Of a stretch of 64,000 nucleotides of DNA, positions 18,176 through 29,521 are shown one piece after another. Positions within the stretch are counted from its first letter, which is position 1. Each line of letters starts with the position of its first letter. Source of the DNA: Escherichia phage vB_EcoM-813R1. The stretch is from sequence record ON470617.2, one strand, 5' to 3'. Below the pieces are notes generated by a model. That model did not search any database. It worked only from the letters and a program-made list of their open reading frames with translations, and was not told where the DNA came from. Position numbers and translations under genes: made by a program.

Positions 18176-21100
18176 ATGGAAAGAAAAAACGCCAACATTG
18201 ACGATGTTATAAGGACAGTTGAAACCGCCAGCGCGAAAGAGCTGGAAGAGCTTGCAGGTATTCGGGAAGCTGTTGAAGATTTGAAAGGGGAACGAGTTGC
18301 AACTGTTGATCCTGTCTCTCGCAGTGTGTCGGCATTAAATCGCACAATCGAAAATTCACGTCCTGACTTTGTGACCAATGTGCCATCAGTGGACTCTATT
18401 GTTGACGCAATGAAACGGCTTAATTTAGGGGACGTTTCTCGTATACGGAGGACAAAGTCACTAACCGTGAACAGCAGGCTGCACCAACAGCGCACAATCC
18501 CCCAAATAGACGAAGAGAGGCAATAACAGAGGATGTTAAAGCACAGCGGTTAGAAACGGTCAAACTCGCTCGTGATTTGAAAGGGGAACGCGTTGCAACG
18601 GTTGACCCAGTATCTCGCAGTGTGTCGGCATTAAATCGAACAATCGAAAATTCCCGGCCAGACTTTGTGGCCAATGCGCCATCAGTGGACTCTATTGTTG
18701 ACGCAATGAAACGGCTTAATTTAGGGGGCGTTTCTCGTATACGGGAGGACAAAGTCACTAACCGTGAACAGCAGGCTGCACCAACAGCGCACAATCCCCC
18801 AAATAGACGAAGAGAGGCAATAACAGAGGATGTTAAAGCACAGCGGTTAGAAACGGTCAAACTCGCTCGTGATTTGAAAGGGGAACGCGTTGCAACGGTT
18901 GACCCAGTATCTCGCAGTGTGTCGGCATTAAATCGAACAATCGAAAATTCCCGGCCAGACTTTGTGGCCAATGCGCCATCAGTAGACCCTATTGTTGACG
19001 CAATGAAACGGCTTAATTTAGGGGACGTTTCTCGTGTAGTTCAGGAGGGCATTGCTCAACAGGAACAGCAGGCCAAATCAACTACACCAAAGGGTAAAAA
19101 AAGACGCAGGAAGGCTATAACAGAAGATGTAAAGGCGCAACGGACCGAAGCAGCCGAACACGCTCGCGAAATGTTCGGTCAAAAAGGCGGTGCGCAAAAA
19201 GCCAAAACCAACGCGATGCGCGTGGTCGTTTTATTGGAAAGTCAGGGAGTAAGGCCGCAGCGGAAGATGCCCGTGCTGAACGTGCTGAAAAGGCCAGGCG
19301 CAAAGAGGATGATGAGCGTCTAAATGCTGAATCAGGTTTATTAAAAAAACTGTCAAAAGTAGCTGAAGGCATAGGTAACCCTTCAGAGACTCGTGCCGTC
19401 GATGCGTTAGGTTATGCCGTTGCTGGTCCATTGTGGGCAGCAGGGAAGGAGCTTGGCGGGATATCAAAAGAAGTTGGTGGATCGCTTAATGGCGCCAGAA
19501 AGTCTATTGCCGATGTGATTCGTGGCAATGACGATAACAGCCGTAGAAAAGGTTTTTTAGGCGTAAATCGCAAAATAGTGCCGATGTCGTTCAGGTTAAC
19601 ACCCAAAAACGGACGGTTCAGGAACTTCAGGAGCAGACCAGCGAAATTAAAGAGGGCAATGACAAGATTCTCAGCGCCCTTGATCAGATAGCCAAAAACA
19701 CCGGGAAAAAGAAGGGCGGCTTGCTGTCCAAACTATTTAGCCTGTTAGGGAAGGGGGCCGGTGGCGTCGCGTCGTTGTTAATGGGGCGTGGCATGCTGAA
19801 AAAGCTGGAGCACTCGCTTTTGGCGCTCTGGGGGTAAAGAAACTTGTAGGAATGCTACGCGGTGGTGGTAAGAAGACTCTCGCCCATGAAGGCGGAGATT
19901 TGGCTGCCCGGGCAGCAGGTAAACTTGGATTAAAGGCAGTTGGTAAAGGGGCGTTACGCGCAATTCCCCTAGTCGGCACAGTGGCTGGAGGTATTTATGA
20001 TGCGGTAACCGGTTGGAATGATACAGAAGCGCAACGTCGAGCGTTTGGGCTTAAATCAGGACAAGATCCATCATTCCAGCAAAAAGCCGCTTATACGTTA
20101 GCTAATATTCTTGATATGGGGGGACTGGTATCTGGTATTAGCAGCGCCATTGGTGAGGTTCTCAAATCACTTGGATTTGAGGATATCGGCAATATGTTGC
20201 AATCATTTTCGACGGAAAGTATTGCACAGGCCATTGATAGTGGGGTTACCAACTTAGAAACATATATTTCTAATCTTGGCGACACCATTTCTACCAAGTT
20301 CGATGATTACACAGCAAAGATTGGTGATGCTGTTTCAGCATGGTTTAGCGATACATCTAATAAGTTGCTTGAAAAGCTGGATGCCATAAAAGACTTCTTT
20401 ACTGTCGATAACCTGAAACAGGTTTTCAGTGATGCAATTGATAGTGCAATTGATTTCATTAAGAACCCGGGGAAACACATTAAAGAGGCGGCTGGTAATA
20501 TTTGGGATGGGGTTAAAAATTTACCCGGTAAAGCAATAGATGCAGCGTTTGATGCCGTTAAAAATACCCCTGCGGCAATAATTGTATCAAAAATACCCAA
20601 TCCGATCGGCGAGGCTAATGCGAAAGAAATCACTCCAGAGTTAAAAGCTCCGGTTAATAGCCACCAGGAGACGTCTGATTCTAAAACTGAATCCGATGCC
20701 AAACAGAGTAATATTGCTACCCGCGTGATAAATGCGGCACTGGACACGGCGAAAGATAGCAATAAAACAGTTAAACAAACTGCCAATCAGATTATCAATG
20801 CAAATGCCGTAGAAACGGGCAATAGCGCGTTGCAGAAAATTGATAAAGCTATTGGTCAAAATAGCTCGTCATCATCCTCGCTTAATACCACTGGCACCAG
20901 GAATGACATTCAGAAAGCTGCGGATACCTACAATAATGGCAACTTGGATGTAAAAGTCGGAAGTCTTGGAGCTGAAGGTAAGGCAAATCTCGATAAGTTG
21001 GCTCCGTATTTTGCTGAACTAGAGAATAAATATAGCCTTCCTGAAGGTACTCTTTACGCGATCGCTGCAACTGAATCTGGTGGTGATCCTAACGCAAAAT

Positions 21101-22188
21101 CTACGCTTACAAGATCACCAAATGGAAAGCTAAGTGGTGGCGCTCTCGGAATGTTCCAGTTTACGAGCGTTGCTCGTGAGGAAACTGGATTATCCCGGGA
21201 AGATTCTTTTAATCCGGAAAAATCGGCAGAAGCTGCGGCTCTTCTCATGAGCAAGTATCTGAAGCAAGCCAATGGAGACTTAAACGAGGCCATCACTGCA
21301 TATAACGCTGGGTTTGGCACTATTAATAAGTGGAAAAAAGGCACAGGTGACTTATCGAAAGAAAACCGTGAGTACGCGATCAAGGTCAATACTCATCGTG
21401 CTCGCTATTTAGGTGGTGAAATCTATACACCTGGGGCAGGAGCACAGGGTGGGGCGCAATATGGAGTGAGGGGACCACTGCCTGATAACGCCGTTATCGA
21501 TCAGTCTACTGGTCTGGCGTTTACCCTGGTGATAGCCCGTTTGAGAAAGGCGGTCTGGTAGACAAAATCGGCAATGCTGTTGGCGTTAACGATCTGGTCA
21601 ACAAATTCATGAATGGCCGGGGGATGCGTCGGGAAGTCGTCCAGGGGAACCCTCGAAGAACGTGCACGAGGAAGGGGAACCGCAACGGCAGCTGGCAATG
21701 TGTATGTTGATACACCTATGCCAGTTGAAGAGGCACGTCCGGTGGCCAACAACTCAAGTTACTTTGACCAGCTCGGCGCACAAATGGGGATTGATGGACT
21801 GTATGACAAACTCATTAATGCCCGGGGAATGCGCTCAAATAATTCTCCTCAACCAGCCTCCACGTCCCAGGTGACGACTGCCGCCAACGATTTGCAGCAA
21901 CCAACCGGTCGTATGCAGATAGACGGACAGGTTATTAGTGACCTTGGTGGCTCCGGTGCCAAGCCGACAATGCAGTTGGCTGATAATACCGTTTCACTTG
22001 ATGGTGAAACGAAGCGGCTGTTTGCGCAGATGACCTCATTGCTTGCCAGGATTGAAGAGCACACCAAAGACTCAGCGAAAGGCCAGGGAACTGTCGTAAA
22101 GGTCAGCACGCCTCAGCCGGGCGTTATGCGCACGGTACCACTGTCAATTGATGATCCGTTGATGAATGACTACGCGAGAGTTGATTGA
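18176..22188 (+). CDS. sit: Sit-like tape-measure / injection transglycosylase (soluble lytic transglycosylase domain about 21000-21400); multiply frameshifted
   Basis: Consecutive protein-like ORFs (18176-18526, 18577-19323, 19431-19691, 19852-21561, 21613-22188) in shifting frames; SLT-type motif GALGMFQFTSVAREETGLS...AEAAALLMSKYL; three 300-bp tandem repeats at the N-terminal end. Confidence 0.55.
18283..19180 (+). repeat. Three tandem copies of a roughly 300-bp coding repeat inside sit
   Basis: Motif LKGERVATVDPVSRSVSALNRTIENSRPDFV(A/T)N(A/V)PSVD(S/P)IVDAMKRLNLG repeated starting near 18283, 18580 and 18880; copy 1 differs from copy 2 by one G in a G-run (tacggagg versus tacgggagg). Confidence 0.8.
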
Positions 22189-22544
22189 TGGCCAACAATA
22201 ACGAAATTGATCCTTTGCTGACGCTGGAGTTATCCGGCGTAAAAACGTATGAGTCCCAGGAGGAGGCCTGGGGCGCTCGTTTATATGAGTGGCTAAACAC
22301 TTATCAGGGTGAGGTATACGGGGATCCGTCATGGGGCAATGTTTTACCGCAGTTTAAACACGAACCGACCAACTTGTCGCATGTTCAAATTGCGGTTGAG
22401 GCAATGCTGTTGCAAAAACTGACGGTAGATTTACCTGACATACCGATTTCTGGCTTGTCAGTAGCCGAGGGAGATGCTTTTGATAAGTTGAAAATATCCA
22501 TTCGTATCAGGGATATAACTATCACACAGGACGTGGTGCTATGA
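22185..22544 (+). CDS. Small baseplate protein (P1 pmgA position)
   Basis: 119-aa ORF translationally coupled (ATGA overlaps) to neighbours on both sides. Confidence 0.35.
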   Translation: MMANNNEIDPLLTLELSGVKTYESQEEAWGARLYEWLNTYQGEVYGDPSWGNVLPQFKHEPTNLSHVQIAVEAMLLQKLTVDLPDIPISGLSVAEGDAFDKLKISIRIRDITITQDVVL

Positions 22545-23974
22545 GTAAAACAACACCGACTAAAGACAGTATTCGTGCAGAGTTTGAAGAGCTTGTCGAG
22601 AAAGATTCATTCTGGTCGAAGTTTGTCGGCTCTCAATTTGTCTCGATGCTGACATTGTTTATTACCCAGATTGTCTACAGGTGCTTTCAGTATGCCGATG
22701 CGGCGCTGGCTGAAGGCTTTATATCGACCGCGACGCGGCGTTCCTCTATCCTGGCAGCGGCAGAAACGAATAGTTACGTTGGTACCAAGCCAACACCGTC
22801 ATCGGGGATGATTGAGATCACCGCCACAAGTGAAGATGCCCCAGCGGTAATCCCCAAAAATATGCCTTTAATATCTGACGACCAGTACCCTTACATGACT
22901 ATGGATGTATGCAGGTTGGTTGACGGCACCGGTACGGTAGAAGTGGCACAGTTGGAAATCCAGGAGGTGACATATACCGTTACGGCAGCCAAAGAATTTC
23001 TGGAAGTCGTGTTATCAAAGGCTCTCACTGCTGTCTGCTATAAGCTGGAAGTATTCGTGACGACCGATGGTAAGACCACGCAGTGGTCTTCCAGCACTAT
23101 GTTCCGGTTAGCCGGTAGTAAAAGCCAGGTCTACGTTGAGTTTTATAAACCATCCGAGCAGTTGGGGGTTCGATTCGGTGATGGGCTAATTGGGCAAATA
23201 CCGCCAGAAGGCTCGACCATTACACTTAAGGTATGGTGCACCAACGGAGATATAACCTTGGTTGCTGGCCAAAATCTGACGCCTGTCGATTCTGCGGCTA
23301 ATTTAGCTAATTTGATTTCAGTTAAGACAACGACACCCATAACCGCAGGTACCGATGCCGAAACAACGGAGATCACACGTAATCGTGCACAATATTACCT
23401 TGCCTATGATGATCAGGTCGTATGGGGCGGGGACTATACGTATTTTCTGGTGCGTAACATCCCGGGACTGTCCTGGGTAAAGGCATGGGGCGAAGGCCAG
23501 CAAGAGAAATTAGATGGTGCTTATAATGTTCGGAATATCAATAAGATATTTATTTCAGGATGGCATCCAAACAAAAGCCAGTCAGAGCTTGAAGAAATGA
23601 TCCTGGCTGCCTTTAAGAAGGTGCCGAATGAGTTGAACAAGAAATTCTCGTATAAAGAGGTCAGAAAACTACCCTTTAAGATCACCATCACTGGGCGGAT
23701 ATCGGCAAGCCTGACCATTGAGAACGTGACTGATGAGCTGAAGTCGGCACTGGAAACAAAATTTGGGCGTGACTCAACTTTCTTTGATCCGAACCGTGTC
23801 GGCAAGTACATTCTAATCAAGAAAAAAGACGTTTGGGCATTTATCGAAACGCTGGGTTATTTCCGCGACTTTTATCTGGAATTTGTCGAGTGGAATGAGT
23901 CCAACGGCTTTTACGATTTCGTTTATCTGGATACAGAAAACTCCACCTTTAATATTTCGTATGAGGAGGAGTGA
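22541..23974 (+). CDS. Baseplate protein (P1 bplA position)
   Basis: 477-aa intact ORF overlapping its neighbours by 4 nt; synteny with the baseplate cluster upstream of tail-fibre genes. Confidence 0.45.
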   Translation: MSKTTPTKDSIRAEFEELVEKDSFWSKFVGSQFVSMLTLFITQIVYRCFQYADAALAEGFISTATRRSSILAAAETNSYVGTKPTPSSGMIEITATSEDAPAVIPKNMPLISDDQYPYMTMDVCRLVDGTGTVEVAQLEIQEVTYTVTAAKEFLEVVLSKALTAVCYKLEVFVTTDGKTTQWSSSTMFRLAGSKSQVYVEFYKPSEQLGVRFGDGLIGQIPPEGSTITLKVWCTNGDITLVAGQNLTPVDSAANLANLISVKTTTPITAGTDAETTEITRNRAQYYLAYDDQVVWGGDYTYFLVRNIPGLSWVKAWGEGQQEKLDGAYNVRNINKIFISGWHPNKSQSELEEMILAAFKKVPNELNKKFSYKEVRKLPFKITITGRISASLTIENVTDELKSALETKFGRDSTFFDPNRVGKYILIKKKDVWAFIETLGYFRDFYLEFVEWNESNGFYDFVYLDTENSTFNISYEEE

Positions 23975-24810
23975 TGCAGCGTTCCTGGTTTAATAACCGG
24001 CTTACATCAGCTAAGCAAAAGTCATTACTTTATAAATCATTGGCTGATTTGGTTCAGTCAATGATGGACACCTTTGTTGACCCATGGTTGGAGCGAATTA
24101 CCAACCGGAAGTCTATTTTCTCCATGAGCAAGGAGGATCTGGAGACTAGGACAAATGAACTTGGCCAGTTTTTTACTATCAGAACGTCGAATTCATCTTC
24201 CGTTCCGATGTTGTTACAACAGCGGTTTGATGAGATCCATTTTAAGGGTACTGAACGCCCTATAAACCAGACAATTTATCGCGAATTTAACGGTATATCG
24301 GTTTTATGGGATCCCATATATGCTCCGGTGGACTTTGAACGTCATCCCTATGGCACGGTCCTGATTCCAGAAAGCACACTGGAAACTACCGGCGGCACAT
24401 TCGGCGAGATGTTTCTGACTTCCAGAGGAATGATCAGTATTCCCATAAACGACCTGGCCCAGACAATGGGTATTACTGGAACGATAGATCAGTCCGCAAT
24501 TACAGAAGAAATTCTCAGAAAGTTTAATCAGTTCGTAAAGCCTCTACTGCCACTGCATATAGTGTTTGATGGGCTTACGCTCTATTTGTCGGTTGTTGTA
24601 AATGAACAGGCCGACATGATCACTTTGAACGAGATTTCTGATACCGAAAAAGCATTCTGCTGGTTTGAAACTTCGGATACAACTTCGCTTACTGGAGTTA
24701 CGTCGATTAGCGCCCCGATCACCGCAACGCCTGGTGGCGCTATTGTGAAAGTAACGCCTACGTTTGATCGCACCCGCGCAGATGATTTGCTGTTGGATAG
24801 CGATGCGTGA
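23971..24810 (+). CDS. Baseplate/tail protein (P1 gene 16 position)
   Basis: 279-aa ORF, translationally coupled to the preceding gene; followed by GC-rich hairpin at 24815-24837. Confidence 0.4.
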   Translation: MMQRSWFNNRLTSAKQKSLLYKSLADLVQSMMDTFVDPWLERITNRKSIFSMSKEDLETRTNELGQFFTIRTSNSSSVPMLLQQRFDEIHFKGTERPINQTIYREFNGISVLWDPIYAPVDFERHPYGTVLIPESTLETTGGTFGEMFLTSRGMISIPINDLAQTMGITGTIDQSAITEEILRKFNQFVKPLLPLHIVFDGLTLYLSVVVNEQADMITLNEISDTEKAFCWFETSDTTSLTGVTSISAPITATPGGAIVKVTPTFDRTRADDLLLDSDA

Positions 24811-24888
24811 CAATCACCCCGTCCGCAGGGCGGGGTGACAAGTTACTTATCTTACAATGAGGCTTCACAACATTGATTAGGGAAAATC

Positions 24889-25323
24889 ATGTCTGACGTC
24901 TCAACAAACCTCTATAAGAGTCAGTTGTTGGACTATTACTATCAGCGGCGCGCTGAATCGTCCATTAACAAAGGCTCTCGATTTTTAATCAGCAAGGCCG
25001 TTTTCGGTACCAGTTCACTGGTTACTAAGAAAGGAGATGGCACTTATGAGATTGGAGAACTGCCAAAGGCTTTCGATCTGGCAGAACTGACCAGTCAATT
25101 TTGCACCATCAACCTCGTCCCAACCTACTCAGGAGGGATAATTACTGTCCGAATGGACCTTGATCAAAGTCAGTTGCAGGAAGGGAAAAACTACCCATTC
25201 AACACTCTGGTTGTTCTGGATAACGAGAATAAGCCAATCGCCATTATTTGTGTCCAAGAAGACTCGCTGTATGTGGGCAAAACATATACCGCAGTTATGG
25301 CCATAAACACGACTACAGCATAA
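24889..25323 (+). CDS. Tail-fibre-associated structural protein (P1 R position)
   Basis: 144-aa ORF immediately upstream of the tail-fibre gene. Confidence 0.4.
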   Translation: MSDVSTNLYKSQLLDYYYQRRAESSINKGSRFLISKAVFGTSSLVTKKGDGTYEIGELPKAFDLAELTSQFCTINLVPTYSGGIITVRMDLDQSQLQEGKNYPFNTLVVLDNENKPIAIICVQEDSLYVGKTYTAVMAINTTTA

Positions 25324-25334
25324 GGATATGCTTG

Positions 25335-28300
25335 ATGAATGACGTTACAGTTGTTACATCGGTTACTTACCCATCACCCGAGTCGTTGGCTCTGGTGGCT
25401 GATGTGCAATACCACGAACCATATCTGTCAGCCGCTCTAAACCGAAAATTCAGGGGAATTGTTGACCCGGGATTTTATGCTGGTTTCTTGCCTAAGCCTG
25501 GCGGTGGGATGAAACTGTTAATCACCTCAGTGGATGGTGATAAAACCGCTGGCGCGGCGTCAGTGAATATTGGTGAATTCTACCAGGTAACTATTCAGCA
25601 GCGTAAGGATATTTCTCTTGCACTTAGCGCAGGTAAGAAATATGCAATTGTGCTGAAGGGAAGATACCTCCTTGGAGAAGATTCTTATCAGGTTAATACC
25701 GCGTCACATATTCATGCGGCTGAATTTGTTGCCAGAACCTATACCGATTCATATCAGTTAGGAGATGGGGAACTGCTTGTTTGTACGGTGAATATCCCTG
25801 CTGGCGTATCTGCTATTACTCAGGAAATGATAGATGTATCCGACCGCATCGATCTCACGATAGGCATTGAAATTTCCGACTCTGTAACCAGTACCAGAAG
25901 TGATGTCGCTGCAAGTTCGCTGGCAGTTAAAAAAGCCTACGATCTGGCGAAAAGCAAGTATACGGCGCAGGATGCAAGCACAACGCAAAAGGGATTAGTT
26001 CAGCTCAGTAGTGCTACTAACAGCACGTCTGAAGTGCTGGCCGCCACACCGAAAGCTGTCAAGGCTGCATATGACCTGGCTAACGGGAAGTATACGGCCC
26101 AGGATGCAACCACGACACAAAAAGGGATAGTTCAGCTCAGTAGCGACACCAACAGCACTTCTGAAACATTAGCTGCAACGCCAAAAGCGGTTAAAGCTGC
26201 ATACGATCTAGCAGCCGGAAAGGCACCATCCAGTCATACACATCCCTGGAATCAGATCACTGGTGTGCCAACAGCTTCATTGACAGCGAAAGGCATCACT
26301 CAGCTCAGTAGCGACACCAACAGCACTTCTGAAACATTAGCTGCAACTCCAAAAGCGGTTAAAGCTGCATACGATCTAGCAGCCGGAAAGGCACCATCCA
26401 GTCATACACATCCCTGGAATCAGATTACTGGTGTGCCAACAGCTTCATTGACAGCGAAAGGCATCACTCAGCTCAGTAGTGCCACTAACAGCACGTCCGA
26501 AGTGCTGGCCGCCACACCGAAAGCAGTCAAGGCAGCATATGACCTGGCTAACGGGAAGTATACGGCCCAGGATGCAACCACGACACAAAAAGGGATAGTT
26601 CAGCTCAGTAGCGACACCAACAGCACTTCTGAAACATTAGCTGCAACTCCAAAAGCGGTTAAAGCTGCATACGATCTAGCAGCCGGAAAGGCACCATCTA
26701 GTCATACACATCCCGGAATCAGATTACTGGTGTGCCAACAGCTTCATTGACAGCGAAAGGCATCACTCAGCTCAGTAGTGCCACTAACAGCACGTCCGAA
26801 GTGCTGGCCGCCACACCGAAAGCAGTCAAGGCAGCATATGACCTGGCTAACGGGAAGTATACGGCCCAGGATGCAACCACGACACAAAAAGGGATAGTTC
26901 AGCTCAGTAGCGACACCAACAGCACTTCTGAAACATTAGCTGCAACTCCAAAAGCGGTTAAAGCTGCATACGATCTAGCAGCCGGAAAGGCACCATCTAG
27001 TCATACACATCCCTGGAATCAGATTACTGGTGTGCCAACAGCTTCATTGACAGCGAAAGGCATCACTCAGCTCAGTAGCGACACCAACAGCACTTCTGAA
27101 ACATTAGCTGCAACTCCAAAAGCGGTTAAAGCTGCATACGATCTAGCAGCCGGAAAGGCACCATCCAGTCATACACATCCTGGAATCAGATTACTGGTGT
27201 GCCAACAGCTTCATTGACAGCGAAAGGCATCACTCAGCTCAGTAGTGCCACTAACAGCACGTCCGAAGTGCTGGCCGCCACACCGAAAGCAGTCAAGGCA
27301 GCATATGACCTGGCTAACGGGAAGTATACGGCCCAGGATGCAACCACGACACAAAAAGGGATAGTTCAGCTCAGTAGCGACACCAACAGCACTTCTGAAA
27401 CATTAGCTGCAACGCCAAAAGCGGTTAAAGCTGCATACGATCTAGCAGCCGGAAAGGCACCATCCAGTCATACACATCCCCGAATCAGATCACTGGTGTG
27501 CCAACAGCTTCATTGACAGCGAAAGGCATCACTCAGCTCAGTAGTGCCACTAACAGTACGTCTGAAGTGCTGGCCGCCACACCGAAAGCTGTCAAGGCTG
27601 CATATGACCTGGCTAACGGGAAGTATACAGCCCAGGATGCAACCACGACACAAAAAGGGATAGTTCAGCTCAGTAGCGACACCAACAGCACTTCTGAAAC
27701 ATTAGCTGCAACGCCAAAAGCGGTTAAAGCTGCATACGATCTAGCAGCCGGAAAGGCACCATCCAGTCATACACATCCCTCGAATCAGATCACTGGTGTG
27801 CCAACAGCTTCATTGACAGCGAAAGGCATCACTCAGCTCAGTAGTGCCACTAACAGCACGTCCGAAGTGCTGGCCGCCACACCGAAAGCAGTCAAGGCAG
27901 CATATGACCTGGCTAACGGGAAGTATACGGCCCAGGATGCAACCACGACACAAAAAGGGATAGTTCAGCTCAGTAGCGACACCAACAGCACTTCTGAAAC
28001 ATTAGCTGCAACTCCAAAAGCGGTTAAAGCTGCATACGATCTAGCAGCCGGAAAGGCACCATCCAGTCATACACATCCCTGGAATCAGATCACTGGTGTG
28101 CCAACAGCTTCATTGACAGCGAAAGGCATCACTCAGCTCAGTAGTGCCACTAACAGCACGTCTGAAGTGCTGGCCGCTACACCGAAAGCTGTCAAGGCTG
28201 CATATGATTTGGCTAATGGAAAGCAAGCGGCAGACGCTACGCTCACTGCTCTAGCGGCACTAGCTACCGCAGCAGATAAACTCCCTTATTTCACAGGGGT

Positions 28301-28853
28301 TGATCGTGCCGCGTTAACTGCACTGACAAGTGTTGGACGTGCAATTCTTAGTAAGCCCAGTATTCAGAGCGTTCTTAATTACCTTGGTTTGGGAGAAACG
28401 ATAGATAAAGCCTCCGGAGCTATGCAGAAATCGGCTAATGGATATGATATTTCTGATGTATCAGCCTTCCGAAATGCGCTCCAGTTAGGGACCGCTGCAA
28501 CACGAGATGTTGGAGCAGATAATGCCTCGAAGTTACTGGATTTAGACAGCTTCAGGTCAATGATGTCAGGTAATGGCTACATCTACATTCCATGCATTGC
28601 GACGACAGGAAACCCGGTGAAACTTATGTTGCAGTGGGGAATGGTGGCAACACAAAAGGGAGTTGATGCTGGATATGCCTTACCATTTGCTTTTCCCTAT
28701 GCAGGTTTGTTTGCGACCGGAAACCGTGGAACATCTGGCTACAATGCCGCGATGAATGTGCGTATTGCCAGCAGAACGCATATCAGTATTCAGAACTGGT
28801 CGCCATCCGGAGAGGGCACCGAAGATTGTTGTTTTATCGCGTTGGGGTATTAA
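25335..28853 (+). CDS. S: Tail fibre protein S (constant part Sc plus currently fused variable part Sv), with a greatly expanded phage tail-fibre repeat array; three apparent frameshifts
   Basis: Start MNDVTVVTSV at 25335; repeats of the tail-fibre motif TTQKGIVQLSS(A/D)TNSTSE(V/T)LAATPKAVKAAYDLA; four ORFs (25248-26750, 26732-27217, 27199-27516, 27498-28853) each break at the same HTHPWNQITG position; C-terminal Sv domain lies inside the invertible segment. Confidence 0.7.
25960..28200 (+). repeat. In-frame tandem repeat array in S: alternating 300-bp and 168-bp units
   Basis: The string ggcatcactcagctcagtag recurs at 26292, 26460, 26759, 27059, 27225, 27525, 27825 and 28125 (spacings 168, 299, 300, 166, 300, 300, 300). 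Confidence 0.85.
28373..28398. other. Candidate cixL recombination site (Cin crossover site at the Sc/Sv junction)
   Basis: ttcttaattaccTTggtttgggagaa; core TTGGTTT(G/A)GG(A/G)A is shared with the inverted copy at 30282-30307. Confidence 0.5.
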
Positions 28854-28855
28854 GA

Positions 28856-29521
28856 ATGAATAAATTTTATAAAGGCTCTTTCTATCCGGAAGCACTAAAA
28901 GATGTATATATCAGCGCCGGTTCATGGCCTGAAAATGGCGCTGATGTTGATGATGAAACAATGGCAATTTACACAGGCGTAGCGCCAGAAGGCAAAACGC
29001 TGGGGGCTGATAAAAATGGTAATCCTGCGTGGATTGATATCCCGCCACTCTCCGCTGAACAACAGATTATTCAGGCTGAACAGAAAAGAACGGTATTGCG
29101 TTCTATGGCTGATAAGGAAATAGTCTGGAGACAGGATGCTTTTGATGCGGAAATCGCGACGGCAGAAGAAACCGCCGCGTTATCTGAATGGAAAAAATAC
29201 CGGGTCTTGCTGATGCGCGTTGATACATCAAATCCCGTCTGGCCTACGCCTCCGGGGAGCAGGCCAATTGATATCCGGCGCGGTGCTGGTATCTGTTGCC
29301 GTCACCGCGTCAATGTAATCCAGCACAGCGTTAAGTCTAGTTGTTTCTGCCTGCGTCAGTTTACGTCCGGCCTGCAATTTCAGTTGAATCAGACTGATGG
29401 AAGCCATTGCAGTATCAATCAGCGACTGGCGCTGTGCTTCTGCCGCTTCTACTGCGGCGCTATGCTGTGCCTCGGTATCCGTCACCCATTTCTCACCATC
29501 CCATTTATCGTATGGCGTTAA
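28856..29521 (+). CDS. U: Tail fibre assembly chaperone U (Tfa family); 3' end uncertain
   Basis: Start MNKFYKGSFYPEAL at 28856; conserved Tfa C-terminal signature ...NPVWPTPPG at about 29262, after which the ORF reads antisense to U' as Cys-rich sequence, suggesting a lost stop or indel. Confidence 0.55.
   Translation: MNKFYKGSFYPEALKDVYISAGSWPENGADVDDETMAIYTGVAPEGKTLGADKNGNPAWIDIPPLSAEQQIIQAEQKRTVLRSMADKEIVWRQDAFDAEIATAEETAALSEWKKYRVLLMRVDTSNPVWPTPPGSRPIDIRRGAGICCRHRVNVIQHSVKSSCFCLRQFTSGLQFQLNQTDGSHCSINQRLALCFCRFYCGAMLCLGIRHPFLTIPFIVWR

Noticed and set aside
18420-18971. 183-aa minus-strand ORF
   Set aside because: Antisense to the sit repeat region and itself repetitive; an artefact of the repeats keeping the opposite strand open.
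25960-28200. Regular tandem repeat array that could be mistaken for a CRISPR array
   Set aside because: Repeat units are 168-300 bp, lie in a single long reading frame encoding a tail-fibre repeat motif, and have no spacers of unique sequence; no cas genes nearby.
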